From Eledone cirrhosa (Eukaryota): 64,000 nucleotides of DNA. Shown one piece after another: positions 1 to 13,100 of this stretch. The notes under the pieces were generated by a model. It ran no database searches, had not been told where the DNA came from, and saw nothing but the letters and a program-made list of their open reading frames with translations. Position 1 is the first letter of the stretch; each line of letters starts with the position of its first letter. Position numbers and translations under genes: made by a program. The stretch lies in NCBI GenBank assembly GCA_964016885.1, contig OZ024766.1, forward strand, positions 14,260,001 to 14,324,000, given 5' to 3'.

Positions 1-1629
1 AGATTTAGATGGGTGTTATATGTATTAAAACTACTTACAAGATGATATTATTGCATATGGTATTAATAACAGAGATTTAGATGGGTGTTAGATGTATTAA
101 AACTACTTACAAGATGATATCATTACATATGGTGTTAATAACAGAGATTTAGATGGGTGTTAGATGTATTAAAACTACTTACAAGATGATATCATTACAT
201 ATGGTGTTAATAACAGAGATTTAGATGGGTGTTAGATGTATTAAAACTACTTACAAGATGATATCATTACATATGGTGTTAATAACAGAGATTTAGATGG
301 GTGTTAGATGTATTAAAACTACTTACAAGATGATATCATTACATGTGGTGTTAATAACAGAGATTTAGATGGGTGTTAGATGTATTAAAACTACCCACAA
401 GATGATATCATTGCATATGGTATTAATAACAGAGATTTAGATGGGTGTTAGATGTATTAAAACTACTTACAAGATGATATCATTACATATGGTCTTAATA
501 ACAGATTTAGATGGGTGTTAGATGTATTAAAACTACTTACAAGATGATATCATTACATATGGTGTTAATAACAGAGATTTAGATGGGTGTTAGATGTATT
601 AAAACTACTTACAAGATATCATTACATATGGTGTTAATAACAGAGATTTAGATGGGTGTTAGATGTATTAAAACTACCCACAAGATGATATCATTGCATA
701 TGGTGTTAATAACAGAGATTTAGATGGGTGTTAGATGTATTAAAACTACCCACAAGATGATATCATTGCATATGGTATTAATAACAGAGATTTAGATGGG
801 TGTTAGATGTATTAAAACTACCCACAAGATGATATCATTGCATATGGTGTTAATAACAGAGATTTAGATGGGTGTTAGATGTATTAAAACTACTTACAAG
901 ATGATATCATTACATATGGTGTTAATAACAGAGATTTAGATGGGTGTTAGATGTATTAAAACTACTTACAAGATGATATCATTACATATGGTGTTAATAA
1001 CAGAGATTTAGATGGGTGTTAGATGTATTAAAACTACTTACAAGATGATATCATTACATATGGTGTTAATAACAGAGATTTAGATGGGTGTTAGATGTAT
1101 TAAAACTACTTACAAGATGATATCATTACATATGGTGTTAATAGAGATTTAGATGGGTGTTAGATGTATTAAAACTACTTACAAGATGATATCATTACAT
1201 ATGGTGTTAATAACAGAGATTTAGATGGGTGTTAGATGTATTAAAACTACTTACAAGATGATATCATTACATATGGTTAGATGTATTAAAACTACTTACA
1301 AGATGATATCATTACATGTGGTGTTAATAACAGTGATTTAGATGGGTGTTAGATGTATTAAAACTACCCACAAGATGATATCATTGCATATGGTATTAAT
1401 AACAGAGATTTAGATGGGTGTTAGATGTATTAAAACTACTTACAAGATGATATCATTACATATGGTCTTAATAACAGATTTAGATGGGTGTTAGATGTAT
1501 TAAAACAACTTACAAGATGATATCATTACATATGGTGTTAATAACAGAGATTTAGATGGGTGTTAGATGTATTAAAACTACTTACAAGATGATATCATTA
1601 CATATGGTGTTAATAACAGATTTAGATGG
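1..1629. repeat. 72-bp tandem satellite (~22 copies, runs off the window start)
   Basis: Unit AGATTTAGATGGGTGTTAGATGTATTAAAACTACTTACAAGATGATATCATTACATATGGTGTTAATAACAG recurs at 1, 73, 145 and onward with few substitutions and short deletions. Confidence 0.97.
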
Positions 1630-1814
1630 CAAAATAACAAAAAGTTGAAGTTATAGACTTAATAAATTCCTTAAATATAATTCTTTTATTAACAACAAAT
1701 AGAATGAAATTCAGGACATAAATACAACTTATAAAATTAATTATGAAAAATTAATAAATTATTTACAAAACATAAAATCAATAAAAAAAAGGAGTCAGAA
1801 AGAAATTTACTATA

Positions 1815-2642
1815 ACAGAAAATGTTGGTGTTACCCTCTAAAATTTCTGAGACTAGACACACACAGCATTACCTAAGGTGATAGAGGGCCCTTAATTACA
1901 CACTACAACAGGGAATGTTGGTGTAGGCTTCTAAAATCTAACATACCAGCGAACAGGTGATAGAGGGTCTCTTACACAAACTATAGGAGGGAATGTTGGT
2001 GTAGGCCTCTAAAAGTTATCATAGCAGAGAAGACATTACCTCAGGTGATAGAGGGTCCCTTCAATTACACACTATAGCAAGGAATATTGGTGTAGGCCTC
2101 TAAAAGTTATCATAGCAGAGAAGACATTACCTCAGGTGATAGAGGGTCCCTTCAATTACACACTATAGCAAGGAATGTTGGTGTAGGCCTCTAAAAGTTA
2201 TCACAGCAGAGAAGACATTACCTCAGGTGATAGAGGGTCCCTTCAATTACACACTATAGCAAGGAATGTTGGTGTAGGCCTCTAAAAGTTATCACAGCAG
2301 AGAAGACATTACCTCAGGTGATAGAGGGTCACTTAACTACACACTATAGGAGGGAATGTTGGTGTAGGCCTCTAAAATGTATCATACCAGAGAAGACATT
2401 ACCTCAGGTGATAGAGGGTCCCTTAATTACACACACTACAAAAGGGAATGTTGGTGTAGGCCTCTAAAAGTTATCACAGCAGAGAAGACATTACCTCAGG
2501 TGATAGAGGGTCACTTAACTACACACACTACAAAAGGGAATGTTGGTGTAGTCCTCCAAAATTTATCATAGCATACAAGACATTACCTTATGTGATAGAG
2601 GGTCCCTTAATTACACACACTATAGCAGGGAATGTTGGTGTT
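1815..2642. repeat. ~91-bp tandem repeat (~9 copies, diverged at the edges)
   Basis: TCAGGTGATAGAGGGTC...GGAATGTTGGTGTAGGCCTCTAAAAGTTATC...GAAGACATTACC recurs at 2041, 2132, 2223 and onward. Confidence 0.93.
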
Positions 2643-3001
2643 GACAAACCAAGGCTGAAATTTCTGGCATAGATTTAAAATTAATTCAAAAAGTCAAGAA
2701 TAGATCAGAGAAAGATTTCAATTTCAAATGAAAATATATTTGTAAAAATGGCCAGCAATGTTTGGAGTCTATCAAACTGCCAAGTATTCACATTTGATAT
2801 TGGTGGAAAATAATTTTAGATTTGTAAGAGGAAGGATGTCCGTGTTTCACAGTTAAAAACTTTCATTCCTCTGTATGTTTGTGTCTAAGTAACTGTTAGA
2901 GAAAAAAACATTTCCCACATATTTCACTGTGTAAAAAGTTTTTCACAAGCGTGTGTTATTTTGTGTTTATTATATTCAGTGTTACTAATGAAAGATTTCC
3001 C

Positions 3002-4255
3002 TCATATTTCACACTGATGGGGTTTCTGCCAAGTGTGTGTTCTTTTGTGTTTAGTTAAAGAACCGCTCTGTACAAACGTTTTCCCACATGTTTCACAATG
3101 ATAGGGTCTCTCTCCAGTGTGTGTTCTTTTGTGATTAATTAAAGAATGGCTTGTTATGAAATATTTCCCACATGTTTCACAATGATAGGGTCTCTCTCCA
3201 GTGTGTGTTCTTTTATGTATAATTAAAGAATGGCTTGTTACAAAATATTTCCCACATGTTTCACAATGATAGGGTCTCTCTCCAGTGTGTGTTCTTTTGT
3301 GTATAATTAAAGAATGGCTTGTTACAAAATATTTCCCACATGTTTCACAATGATAGGGTTTCTCTCCAGTGTGTGTTCTTTTATGTATAATTAAAGAATT
3401 GCTCTGTACAAACGCTTTCCCACATGTTTCACATTGATAAGGTTTCTCTCCGGTGTGTGTTCTTCTGTGAACTATCAGAACATCACTATCAGCAAAATAT
3501 TTCCCACGTATTTCACAATGATAGGGTTTCACTCCAGTGTGTGTTCGTTTATGTACAGTTAAAGAACGGCTTGTTACAAAATATTTCCCACATATTTCAC
3601 AGTGATGGGGTTTCTCTCCAGTGTGTGTTCTTATATGTACAGTTAAATTACCGCTCTGTACAAATGCTTTCCCACATATTTCACATTGATAAGGTTTCTC
3701 TCTGGTGTGTGTTCTTCTGTGAACTATCAGAACATCACTATCAGCAAAATATTTCCCACATATTTCACAGTGAAAAGGTTTCTCTCCGGTGTGAATACGT
3801 ATATGTCTAACAAGTTTAGTTTTCTCAGCGAAAGATTTCCCACATATTTCACAGTGAAATGGTTTTTCCCCACCGTGACTACGTAAATGCCTAATTAAAG
3901 TGGCATTCACACTGAAAGATTTCCCACATGTTTCACATTTGAAAGGTTTCTCTCCAGTGTGTGTTCTTTTGTGGTTAGTCAAGTCACCACTCCTACTAAA
4001 AGATTTCCCACATATTTCACAGTGATGGGGTTTGTCTTTAATATGTATGTGTTTGTGTGTAGATAATTCATCTTCCGATGAGAAAGTTTTCCTACAAATC
4101 TCACAGCTATATTCAGGAATATTTCTGTGTAATGATCCTTGTTCAGTACATGTTTCACTAGGTAAAGGTTTCTCACCACTGTATGCCTGTGTAACTGTAT
4201 CTATATTGGTAGAAACAGGTGTGGTAGAAATGTCCAAGTGTTTAACGTCCTCCAT
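3002..4255 (-). CDS. Tandem C2H2 (Krueppel-type) zinc-finger protein, 13 fingers (finger 8 has C->R), ~417 aa
   Basis: Repeated CxxC-x12-HxxxH with TGEKP/TGERP linkers. First plausible ATG (MEDVKHL) at 4255. Possible splice acceptor (CTTACACAG) just upstream near 4298. The ORF-track N-terminus runs through a (CA)n microsatellite and is probably not real. Confidence 0.92.
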   Translation of the reverse strand: MEDVKHLDISTTPVSTNIDTVTQAYSGEKPLPSETCTEQGSLHRNIPEYSCEICRKTFSSEDELSTHKHIHIKDKPHHCEICGKSFSRSGDLTNHKRTHTGEKPFKCETCGKSFSVNATLIRHLRSHGGEKPFHCEICGKSFAEKTKLVRHIRIHTGEKPFHCEICGKYFADSDVLIVHRRTHTREKPYQCEICGKAFVQSGNLTVHIRTHTGEKPHHCEICGKYFVTSRSLTVHKRTHTGVKPYHCEIRGKYFADSDVLIVHRRTHTGEKPYQCETCGKAFVQSNSLIIHKRTHTGEKPYHCETCGKYFVTSHSLIIHKRTHTGERPYHCETCGKYFVTSHSLIIHKRTHTGERPYHCETCGKYFITSHSLINHKRTHTGERPYHCETCGKTFVQSGSLTKHKRTHTWQKPHQCEI

Positions 4256-5032
4256 GGTAATTCTTGAAGAATTCTTCGAAGTTCTCAGGATATATGACTG
4301 TGTAAGACAGATGTTGGTATAAGAAAGTGTAAGAGAGAGTGTGTGTGTGTGTGTGTGTGTGTGTCTTAATAAATGGGGATTGTTCACCACGGAGTGTAGA
4401 AAAGTACACAATATCTGCTGTGTTAACAATACAAATAATACGTACTTTATATTTCAAGTCCAAGTGTAAATTCAAGAAAGACCAGGAAAGCTAATTGTTC
4501 AGATGTTGGTGATTTAAACCTATTTCTCACTGTCCTGTAAAATGTGGAACAACCAATTCACGATGTGGCGTAGTTTCTCATGAAATGAAATAATTAATCA
4601 TGTAGGAGATGGAACACCTACCCTGGAACATGTAGCTCACTCTATGTTATCTACAGAATATTAACTTTCACCTTAACATGATATAATTGATACACAAGAT
4701 ATAATTAGATTAATTAAAGTTATAATTAAGATGGCAGGTACGTGCTGTCGTTGGTAATGTTTCACTCTCCTGAATAACACCGGTGTCATACGTTAAAAGT
4801 CCCTGACATAATTTAATACCTTCAGTTATATCAATTCACTCCATCAATTGTATCCAACCCCTGGTAAAACAAACAACATCTCCCAGTAAAATATGTATTA
4901 CGTATCAACGAGGGAGTCTCCTACCTGGTTACTTGACTTGGTAGAAATAGCAGCCAAATATCACTCTCTTCTGTCTTACAACAACAAAGATCATATTCTG
5001 CAGTTTACACATGTATATATATGTATATATAC

Positions 5033-5069
<37 letters not shown>

Positions 5070-5199
5070 TATACATATAAACATGATAGTCACGGCTGGA
5101 ACAACTTTAATGAGAGGTCTGCTCAATAATACTAACATGGGATTTAAATTGAGCAAAGGTGGAGTTGTCTCCCTTGGTACTTTACTACGTTTGTTTATA

Positions 5200-5645
5200 T
5201 ATATCATCATCATCATCTTCAACATTATCATTTAACGTTCATTTTTATCACACCTGCATGGGTTAAACAGGTTATCACGTTATGAGACATGTCAGGTGTG
5301 GAGACCAGGTCTCATATGGATGTGTATTTTGGTTTGGTTTCTAAGGCTGGATGCCCTTCTTTACACGAAACACGTTACAATGTGGACTGCACACTTTTGT
5401 ATGACCACCTTACAGGATGAACTGGGTGTTTTTATTGTTGTAGCATCAACGAGGTGTGTGGGATATTTAGCAGGTGAGGGTAGGGTCTTATGAATGAGGA
5501 GGGGGGGAAGAGAAGATTGGTGAAGACTAGTGTGTTCTCTACATGTTTGTTTTATTTCATTTTCAGCACATGGGAAGGGGGGGGGTCTTCTACAGTACAG
5601 CATGACGCCAGAGGTCTCGATCCTGTGACATTTCTATTGAGAGGT
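5200..5645 (-). mobile_element. Degraded RTE LINE 3' end with (GAT)n tail
   Basis: CATCATCATC...TTTAACGT...GCATGGGTT...GGCTGGATGCCC matches the tails of the RTE copies at 34575 and 42300. Confidence 0.7.
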
Positions 5646-5659
5646 TTAATTGGGCAAGG

Positions 5660-6010
5660 TGAGTTCAAATCCCGCCGAAGTTAACTTTTCCTTTCATCCT
5701 TACGGGGTCGATAAAATAAAGTACCAGTAATACACTGGGGTAATTGTTGGCCTTGTGCCTATAGTAGAAACAATTATTACAGGGTCGATAAAATAAAGTA
5801 ACAGTAATACACTGGAGTAATTGCTGGACTTGTGCTAAAAGTAGAGACAATTATTACGGGGTTGGTAAAATAAAGTACCAGTAATACACTGGGGTATTTG
5901 CTGGACTTGTGCCAAAAGTAGAGACAATTATTACGGGGTTGGTAAAATAAAGTACCAGTAATACACTGGGGTAATTGCTGGCCTTGTGCCAAAAGTAGAG
6001 ACAATTATTT
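5660..6010 (+). mobile_element. SINE fragment with tandemly repeated 3' part
   Basis: GAGTTCAAATCC (B-box-like), then CTTTCATCCTTACGGGGTCGATAAAATAAAGTACCAG...CACTGGGG; the tail is repeated about 4 times; same family at 33130-34030 and 38395-38580. Confidence 0.75.
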
Positions 6011-6112
6011 ATTCAAAGTAATCCAACATATTTTACTAACGGGGATAAAAAATTATAAACAGTACGCAGTCCCGCACTTCTTACTTTATTATAGTTTAGA
6101 TAATTTATGTAT

Positions 6113-6230
6113 GGAGGCATGTGGCCTAGTGGTGAGGGTGTTGGACTTACGATCGTAATGTCTTGGGTTCGATACCTGGCTTGCGTGTTGTGTTCTTGAG
6201 CAAATCATTTCATTTGATGTTGCTGCAGCA
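6113..6230 (+). mobile_element. tRNA-derived SINE head (A box TGGCCTAGTGG, B box GGTTCGATACC), interrupted; body resumes at ~7120
   Basis: Colinear with the intact SINE at 32461-32740. Confidence 0.8.
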
Positions 6231-6361
6231 TGGTAAGGTCGCGTAAGTCTTGATGGAGTCTTAGGGGGCGCCATATTGACATATGGTGTTTCTTGGGCAT
6301 TTTTAAAGCCTGGGGGAGCCCACCCCACCCCAGGCCTGAGTGGAGCAGATTTCTTCCAGAG

Positions 6362-7015
6362 AAAGATAGAGAGAGAGAGAGAGAGAGGAAATGAGAAAGA
6401 GATATAGAGATATAGAGAGAGAGGAAATGAGAAAGAGAGAGAGAGAGGAAATGAGAAAGAGAGAGAGAGAGAGAGGAAATGAGAAAGAGAGAGAGAGAGA
6501 GGAAATGAGAAAGAGAGAGAGAGAGAGGAAATGAGAAAGAGATATAGAGATATAGAGAGAGGAAATGAGAAAGATATATATAGAGAGAGAGAGAGAGAGG
6601 AAATGAGAAAGAGAGAGAGAGAGAGAGGAAATGAGAAAGAGAGAGAGAGAGGAAATGAGAAAGAGAGAGAGAGAGAGGAAATGAGAAAGAGAGAGAGAGA
6701 GAGGAAATGAGAGAGAGAGAGAGAGGAAATGAGAGAGAGAGAGAGAGAGAGAGAGGAAATGAGAAAGAGATATAGAGAGAGAGGGAGGAAATGAGAAAGA
6801 GAGACAGAGAGAGAGAGGAAATGAGAAAGAGAGATAGAGATAGAGAGAGAGGAAATGAGAAAGAGAGATAGAGAGAGAGGAAATGAGAAAGAGCTATAAA
6901 GAGATAGAGAGAGAGGAAATGAGAAAGAGAGATAGAGAGAGAGGAAATGAGAAAGAGCTATAAAGAGATAGAGAGAGAGGAAATGAGAAAGAGAGAGAGA
7001 GAGAGAGAGAGAGGA
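6362..7015. repeat. Compound (GA)n / GGAAATGAGAAA microsatellite
   Basis: Directly visible low-complexity purine tract; explains the spurious ORF 6089-7153. Confidence 0.97.
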
Positions 7016-7166
7016 AGGATGAAAAGCAAAGTTGACTTCAGCGGGATTTGAACTCAGAGAGCTGGAACAAATACCACAAAGCATTCTATATGACATTCTA
7101 ACGACTCTGACAATTCTCTCCAGTATACTCAGCTGAAAAACAAGTACCAGCAATAACTGGGGGGTT

Positions 7167-10100
7167 AACCCTGTGATGGACTGGTGTCCTGTCCAGGGGG
7201 AAGTCTTGTACTCTCAGTCACTTCACACCATGAAACCAGGATACGTACTGGCCTAACATCCTTCTGGCTTAAGACAGACTTTAGACTTAACATTACCCTG
7301 TGATGGACTGGTGTCCTGTCCAGGGGGAAGTCTTGTACTCTCAGTCACTTCACACCATGAAACCAGGATAAGTACCAGCCTAACATCCTTCTGGCTTAAG
7401 ACAGACTTTAGACTTAACATAACCCTGTGATGGACTGGTGTCCTGTCCAGGAGGAAGTCTTGTACTCTCAGTCACTTCACACCATGAAACCAGGATAAGT
7501 ACCAGCCTAACATCCTTCTGGCTTAAGACAGACTTTAGACTTAACATAACCCTGTGATGGACTGGTGTCCTGTCCAGGAGGAAGTCTTGTACTCTCAGTC
7601 ACTTCACACCATGAAACCAGGATAAGTACCAGCCTAACATCCTTCTGGCTTAAGACAGACTTTAGATTTAATATAACCCTGTGATGGACTGGTGTCCTGT
7701 CCAGGGGGAAGTCTTGTACTCTCAGTCACTTCACACCATGAAACCAGGATAACTACCGGCCTAACATCCTTCTGGTTTAAGACAGACTTTAGACTTAACA
7801 TAACCCTGTGATGGACTGGTGTCCTGTCCAGGAGGAAGTCTTGTACTCTCAGTCACTTCACACCATGAAACCAGGATAAGTACCGGCCTAACATCCTTCT
7901 GGTTTAAGACAGACTTTAGACTTAACATAACCCTGTGATGGACTGGTGTCCTGTCCAGGGGGAAGTCTTGTACTCTCAGTCACTTCACACCATGAAACCA
8001 GGATAACTACCGGCCTAACATCCTTCTGGCTTAAGACAGACTTTAGACTTAACATTACCCTGTGATGGACTGGTGTCTTGTCCAGGGGGAAGTCTTGTAC
8101 TCTCAGTCACTTCACACCATGAAACCAGGATAAGTACCGGCCTAACATCATTCTGGCTTAAGACAGACTTTAGACTTAATATAACCCTGTGATGGACTGG
8201 TGTCCTGTCCAGGGGGAAGTCTTGTACTCTCAGTCACATCACACCATGAAACCAGGATAAGTACCGGCCTAACATCCTTCTGGTTTAAGACAGACTTTAG
8301 ACTTAACATTACCCTGTGATGGACTGGTGTCCTGTCCAGGGGGAAGTCTTGTACTCTCAGTCACTTCACACCATGAAACCAGGATAAGTACCAGCCTAAC
8401 ATCCTTCTGGCTTATGACAGACTTTAGATTTAATATAACCCTGTGATGGACTGGTGTCCTGTCCAGGGGGAAGTCTTGTACTCTCAGTGACTTCACACCA
8501 TGAAACCAGGATAAGTACCGGCCTAACATCCTTCTGGCTTAAGACAGACTTTAGACTTAATATAACCCTGTGATGGACTGGTGTCCTGTCCAGGGGGAAG
8601 TCTTATACTCTCAGTCACTTCACACCATGAAACCAGGATAACTACCGGCCTAACATCCTTCTGGTTTAAGACAGACTTTAGACTTAACATAACCCTGTGA
8701 TGGACTGGTGTCCTGTCCAGGGAGAAGTCTTGTACTCTCAGTCACTTCACACCATGAAACCAGGATAACTACCGGCCTAACATCCTTCTGGCTTAAGACA
8801 GACTTTAGACTTAACATAACCCTGTGATGGACTGGTGTCCTGTCCAGGGGGAAGTCTTGTACTCTCAGTCACTTCACACCATGAAACCAGGATAAGTACC
8901 GGCCTAACATCCTTCTGGTTTAAGACAGACTTTAGACTTAATATAACCCTGTGATGGACTGGTGTCCTGTCCAGGGGGAAGTCTTGTACTCTCAGTCACA
9001 TCACACCATGAAACCAGGATAAGTACCGGCCTAACATCCTTCTGGTTTAAGACAGACTTTAGACTTAACATTACCCTGTGATGGACTGGTGTCCTGTCCA
9101 GGGGGAAGTCTTGTACTCTCAGTCACTTCACACCATGAAACCAGGATAAGTACCGGCCTAACATCCTTCTGGTTTAAGACAGACTTTAGACTTAACATAA
9201 CCCTGTGATGGACTGGTGTCCTGTCCAGGGGGAAGTCTTGTACTCTCAGTCACTTCACACCATGAAACCAGGATAAGTACCGGCCTAACATCCTTCTGGT
9301 TTAAGACAGACTTTAGACTTAACATAACCCTGTGATGGACTGGTGTCCTGTCCAGGGGGAAGTCTTGTACTCTCAGTCACTTCACACCATGAAACCAGGA
9401 TAAGTACCGGCCTAACATCCTTCTGGCTTAAGACAGACTTTAGACTTAACATAACCCTGTGATGGACTGGTGTCCTGTCCAGGGGGAAGTCTTGTACTCT
9501 CAGTCACTTCACACCATGAAACCAGGATAACTACCGGCCTAACATCCTTCTGGCTTAAGGCAGACTTTAGACTTAACATAACCCTGTGATGGACTGGTGT
9601 CCTGTCCAGGGGGAAGTCTTGTACTCTCAGTCACTTCACACCATGAAACCAGGATAAGTACCGGCCTAACATCCTTCTGGCTTAAGACAGACTTTAGACT
9701 TAACATAACCCTGTGATGGACTGGTGTCCTGTCCAGGAGGAAGTCTTGTACTCTCAGTCACTTCACACCATGAAACCAGGATAACTACCGGCCTAACATC
9801 CTTCTGGTTTAAGACAGACTTTAGACTTAACATTACCCTGTGATGGACTGGTGTCCTGTCCAGGGGGAAGTCTTGTACTCTCAGTCACTTCACACCATGA
9901 AACCAGGATAACTACCGGCCTAACATCCTTCTGGTTTAAGACAGACTTTAGACTTAACATAACCCTGTGATGGACTGGTGTCCTGTCCAGGGGGAAGTCT
10001 TGTACTCTCAGTCACTTCACACCATGAAACCAGGATACGTACTGGCCTAACATTCTTCTCGCTTAAGACAGACTTTAGACTTAACATAACACTGTGATGG

Positions 10101-13100
10101 ACTGGTGTCCTGTCCAGGGGGAAGTCTTGTACTCTCAGTCACTTCACACCATGAAACCAGGATAACTACCGGCCTAACATCCTTCTGGTTTAAGACAGAC
10201 TTTAGACTTAACATAACCCTGTGATGGACTGGTGTCCTGTCCAGGGGGAAGTCTTGTACTCTCAGTCACTTCACACAATGAAACCAGGATAACTACCGGC
10301 CTAACATCCTTCTGGTTTAAGACAGACTTTAGACTTAACATAACCCTGTGATGGACTGGTCTCCTGTCCAGGGGGGAAGTCTTGTACTCTCAGTCACTTC
10401 ACACCATGAAACCAGGATAAGTACCGGCCTAACATCCTTCTGGTTTAAGACAGACTTTAGACTTAACATAACCCTGTGATGGACTGGTGTCCTGTCCAGG
10501 GGGAAGTCTTGTACTCTCAGTCACTTCACACCATGAAACCAGGATAAGTACCGGCCTAACATCCTTCTGGTTTAAGACAGACTTTAGACTTAACATAACC
10601 CTGTGATGGACTGGTGTCCTGTCCAGGGGGAAGTCTTGTACTCTCAGTCACTTCACACCATGAAACCAGGATAACTACCGGCCTAACATCCTTCTGGTTT
10701 AAGACAGACTTTAGACTTAACATAACCCTGTGATGGACTGGTGTCCTGTCCAGGAGGAAGTCTTGTACTCTCAGTCACCTCACACCATGAAACCAGGATA
10801 ACTACCGGCCTAACATCCTTCTGGTTTAAGACAGACTTTAGACTTAACATTACCCTGTGATGGACTGGTGTCCTGTCCAGGGGGAAGTCTTGTACTCTCA
10901 GTCACTTCACACCATGAAACCAGGATAACTACCGGCCTAACATCCTTCTGGCTTAAGACAGACTTTAGACTTAACATAACCCTGTGATGGACTGGTGTCC
11001 TGTCCAGGGGGAAGTCTTGTACTCTCAGTCACTTCACACCATGAAACCAGGATAAGTACCGGCCTAACATCCTTCTGGCTTAAGACAGACTTCAGACTTA
11101 ACATAACCCTGTGATGGACTGGTGTCTTGTCCAGGGGGAAGTCTTGTACTCTCAGTGACTTCACACCATGAAACCAGGATAAGTACCGGCCTAACATCCT
11201 TCTGGCTTAAGACAGACTTTAGACTTGATATAACCCTGTGTAGGACTGGTGTCCTGTCCAGGGGGAAGTCTTATACTCTCAGTCACTTCACACCATGAAA
11301 CCAGGATAACTACCGGCCTAACATCCTTCTGGTTTAAGACAGACTTTAGACTTAACATAACCCTGTGATGGACTGGTGTCCTGTCCAGGGAGAAGTCTTG
11401 TACTCTCAGTCACTTCACACCATGAAACCAGGATAACTACCGGCCTAACATCCTTCTGGCTTAAGACAGACTTTAGACTTAACATAACCCTGTGATGGAC
11501 TGGTCTCCTGTCCAGGGGGGAAGTCTTGTACTCTCAGTCACTTCACACCATGAAACCAGGATAAGTACCGGCCTAACATCCTTCTGGTTTAAGACAGACT
11601 TTAGACTTAACATAACCCTGTGATGGACTGGTGTCCTGTCCAGGGGGAAGTCTTGTACTCTCAGTCACTTCACACCATGAAACCAGGATAAGTACCGGCC
11701 TAACATCCTTCTGGTTTAAGACAGACTTTAGACTTAACATAACCCTGTGATGGACTGGTGTCCTGTCCAGGGGGAAGTCTTGTACTCTCAGTCACTTCAC
11801 ACCATGAAACCAGGATAACTACCGGCCTAACATCCTTCTGGTTTAAGACAGACTTTAGACTTAACATAACCCTGTGATGGACTGGTGTCCTGTCCAGGAG
11901 GAAGTCTTGTACTCTCAGTCACCTCACACCATGAAACCAGGATAACTACCGGCCTAACATCCTTCTGGTTTAAGACAGACTTTAGACTTAACATTACCCT
12001 GTGATGGACTGGTGTCCTGTCCAGGGGGAAGTCTTGTACTCTCAGTCACTTCACACCATGAAACCAGGATAACTACCGGCCTAACATCCTTCTGGCTTAA
12101 GACAGACTTTAGACTTAACATAACCCTGTGATGGACTGGTGTCCTGTCCAGGGGGAAGTCTTGTACTCTCAGTCACTTCACACCATGAAACCAGGATAAG
12201 TACCGGCCTAACATCCTTCTGGCTTAAGACAGACTTTAGACTTAACATAACCCTGTGATGGACTGGTGTCCTGTCCAGGAGGAAGTCTTGTACTCTCAGT
12301 CACTTCACACCATGAAACCAGGATAACTACCGGCCTAACATCCTTCTGGTTTAAGACAGACTTTAGACTTAACATAACCCTGTGATGGACTGGTGTCCTG
12401 TCCAGGAGGAAGTCTTGTACTCTCAGTCACCTCACACCATGAAACCAGGATAAGTACCGGCCTAACATCCTTCTGGTTTAAGACAGACTTTAGACTTAAC
12501 ATAACCCTGTGATGGACTGGTGTCCTGTCCAGGGGGAAGTCTTGTACTCTCAGTCACTTCACACCATGAAACCAGGATAAGTACCGGCCTAACATCCTTC
12601 TGGCTTAAGACAGACTTTAGACTTAACATAACCCTGTGATGGACTGGTGTCCTGTCCAGGGGGAAGTCTTGTACTCTCAGTCACTTCACACCATGAAACC
12701 AGGATAACTACCGGCCTAACATCCTTCTGGCTTAAGGCAGACTTTAGACTTAACATAACCCTGTGATGGACTGGTGTCCTGTCCAGGGGGAAGTCTTGTA
12801 CTCTCAGTCACTTCACACCATGAAACCAGGATAAGTACCGGCCTAACATCCTTCTGGCTTAAGACAGACTTTAGACTTAACATAACCCTGTGATGGACTG
12901 GTGTCCTGTCCAGGAGGAAGTCTTGTACTCTCAGTCACTTCACACCATGAAACCAGGATAACTACCGGCCTAACATCCTTCTGGTTTAAGACAGACTTTA
13001 GACTTAACATAACCCTGTGATGGACTGGTGTCCTGTCCAGGGGGAAGTCTTGTACTCTCAGTCACTTCACACCATGAAACCAGGATACGTACTGGCCTAA

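Noticed and set aside
4738-4862. Possible next exon of the lectin gene (IKLCQGLLTYDTG...)
   Set aside because: The strong acceptor near 4861 gives stops in all frames; the alternative splice sites are weak and no domain motif is recognisable.
6113-6190. tRNA genes at A/B-box motifs (also 32461, 47503)
   Set aside because: No complete cloverleaf; each continues into a SINE body.
6089-7153. 354-aa Ser/Leu-rich ORF
   Set aside because: Translation of the (GA)n microsatellite.
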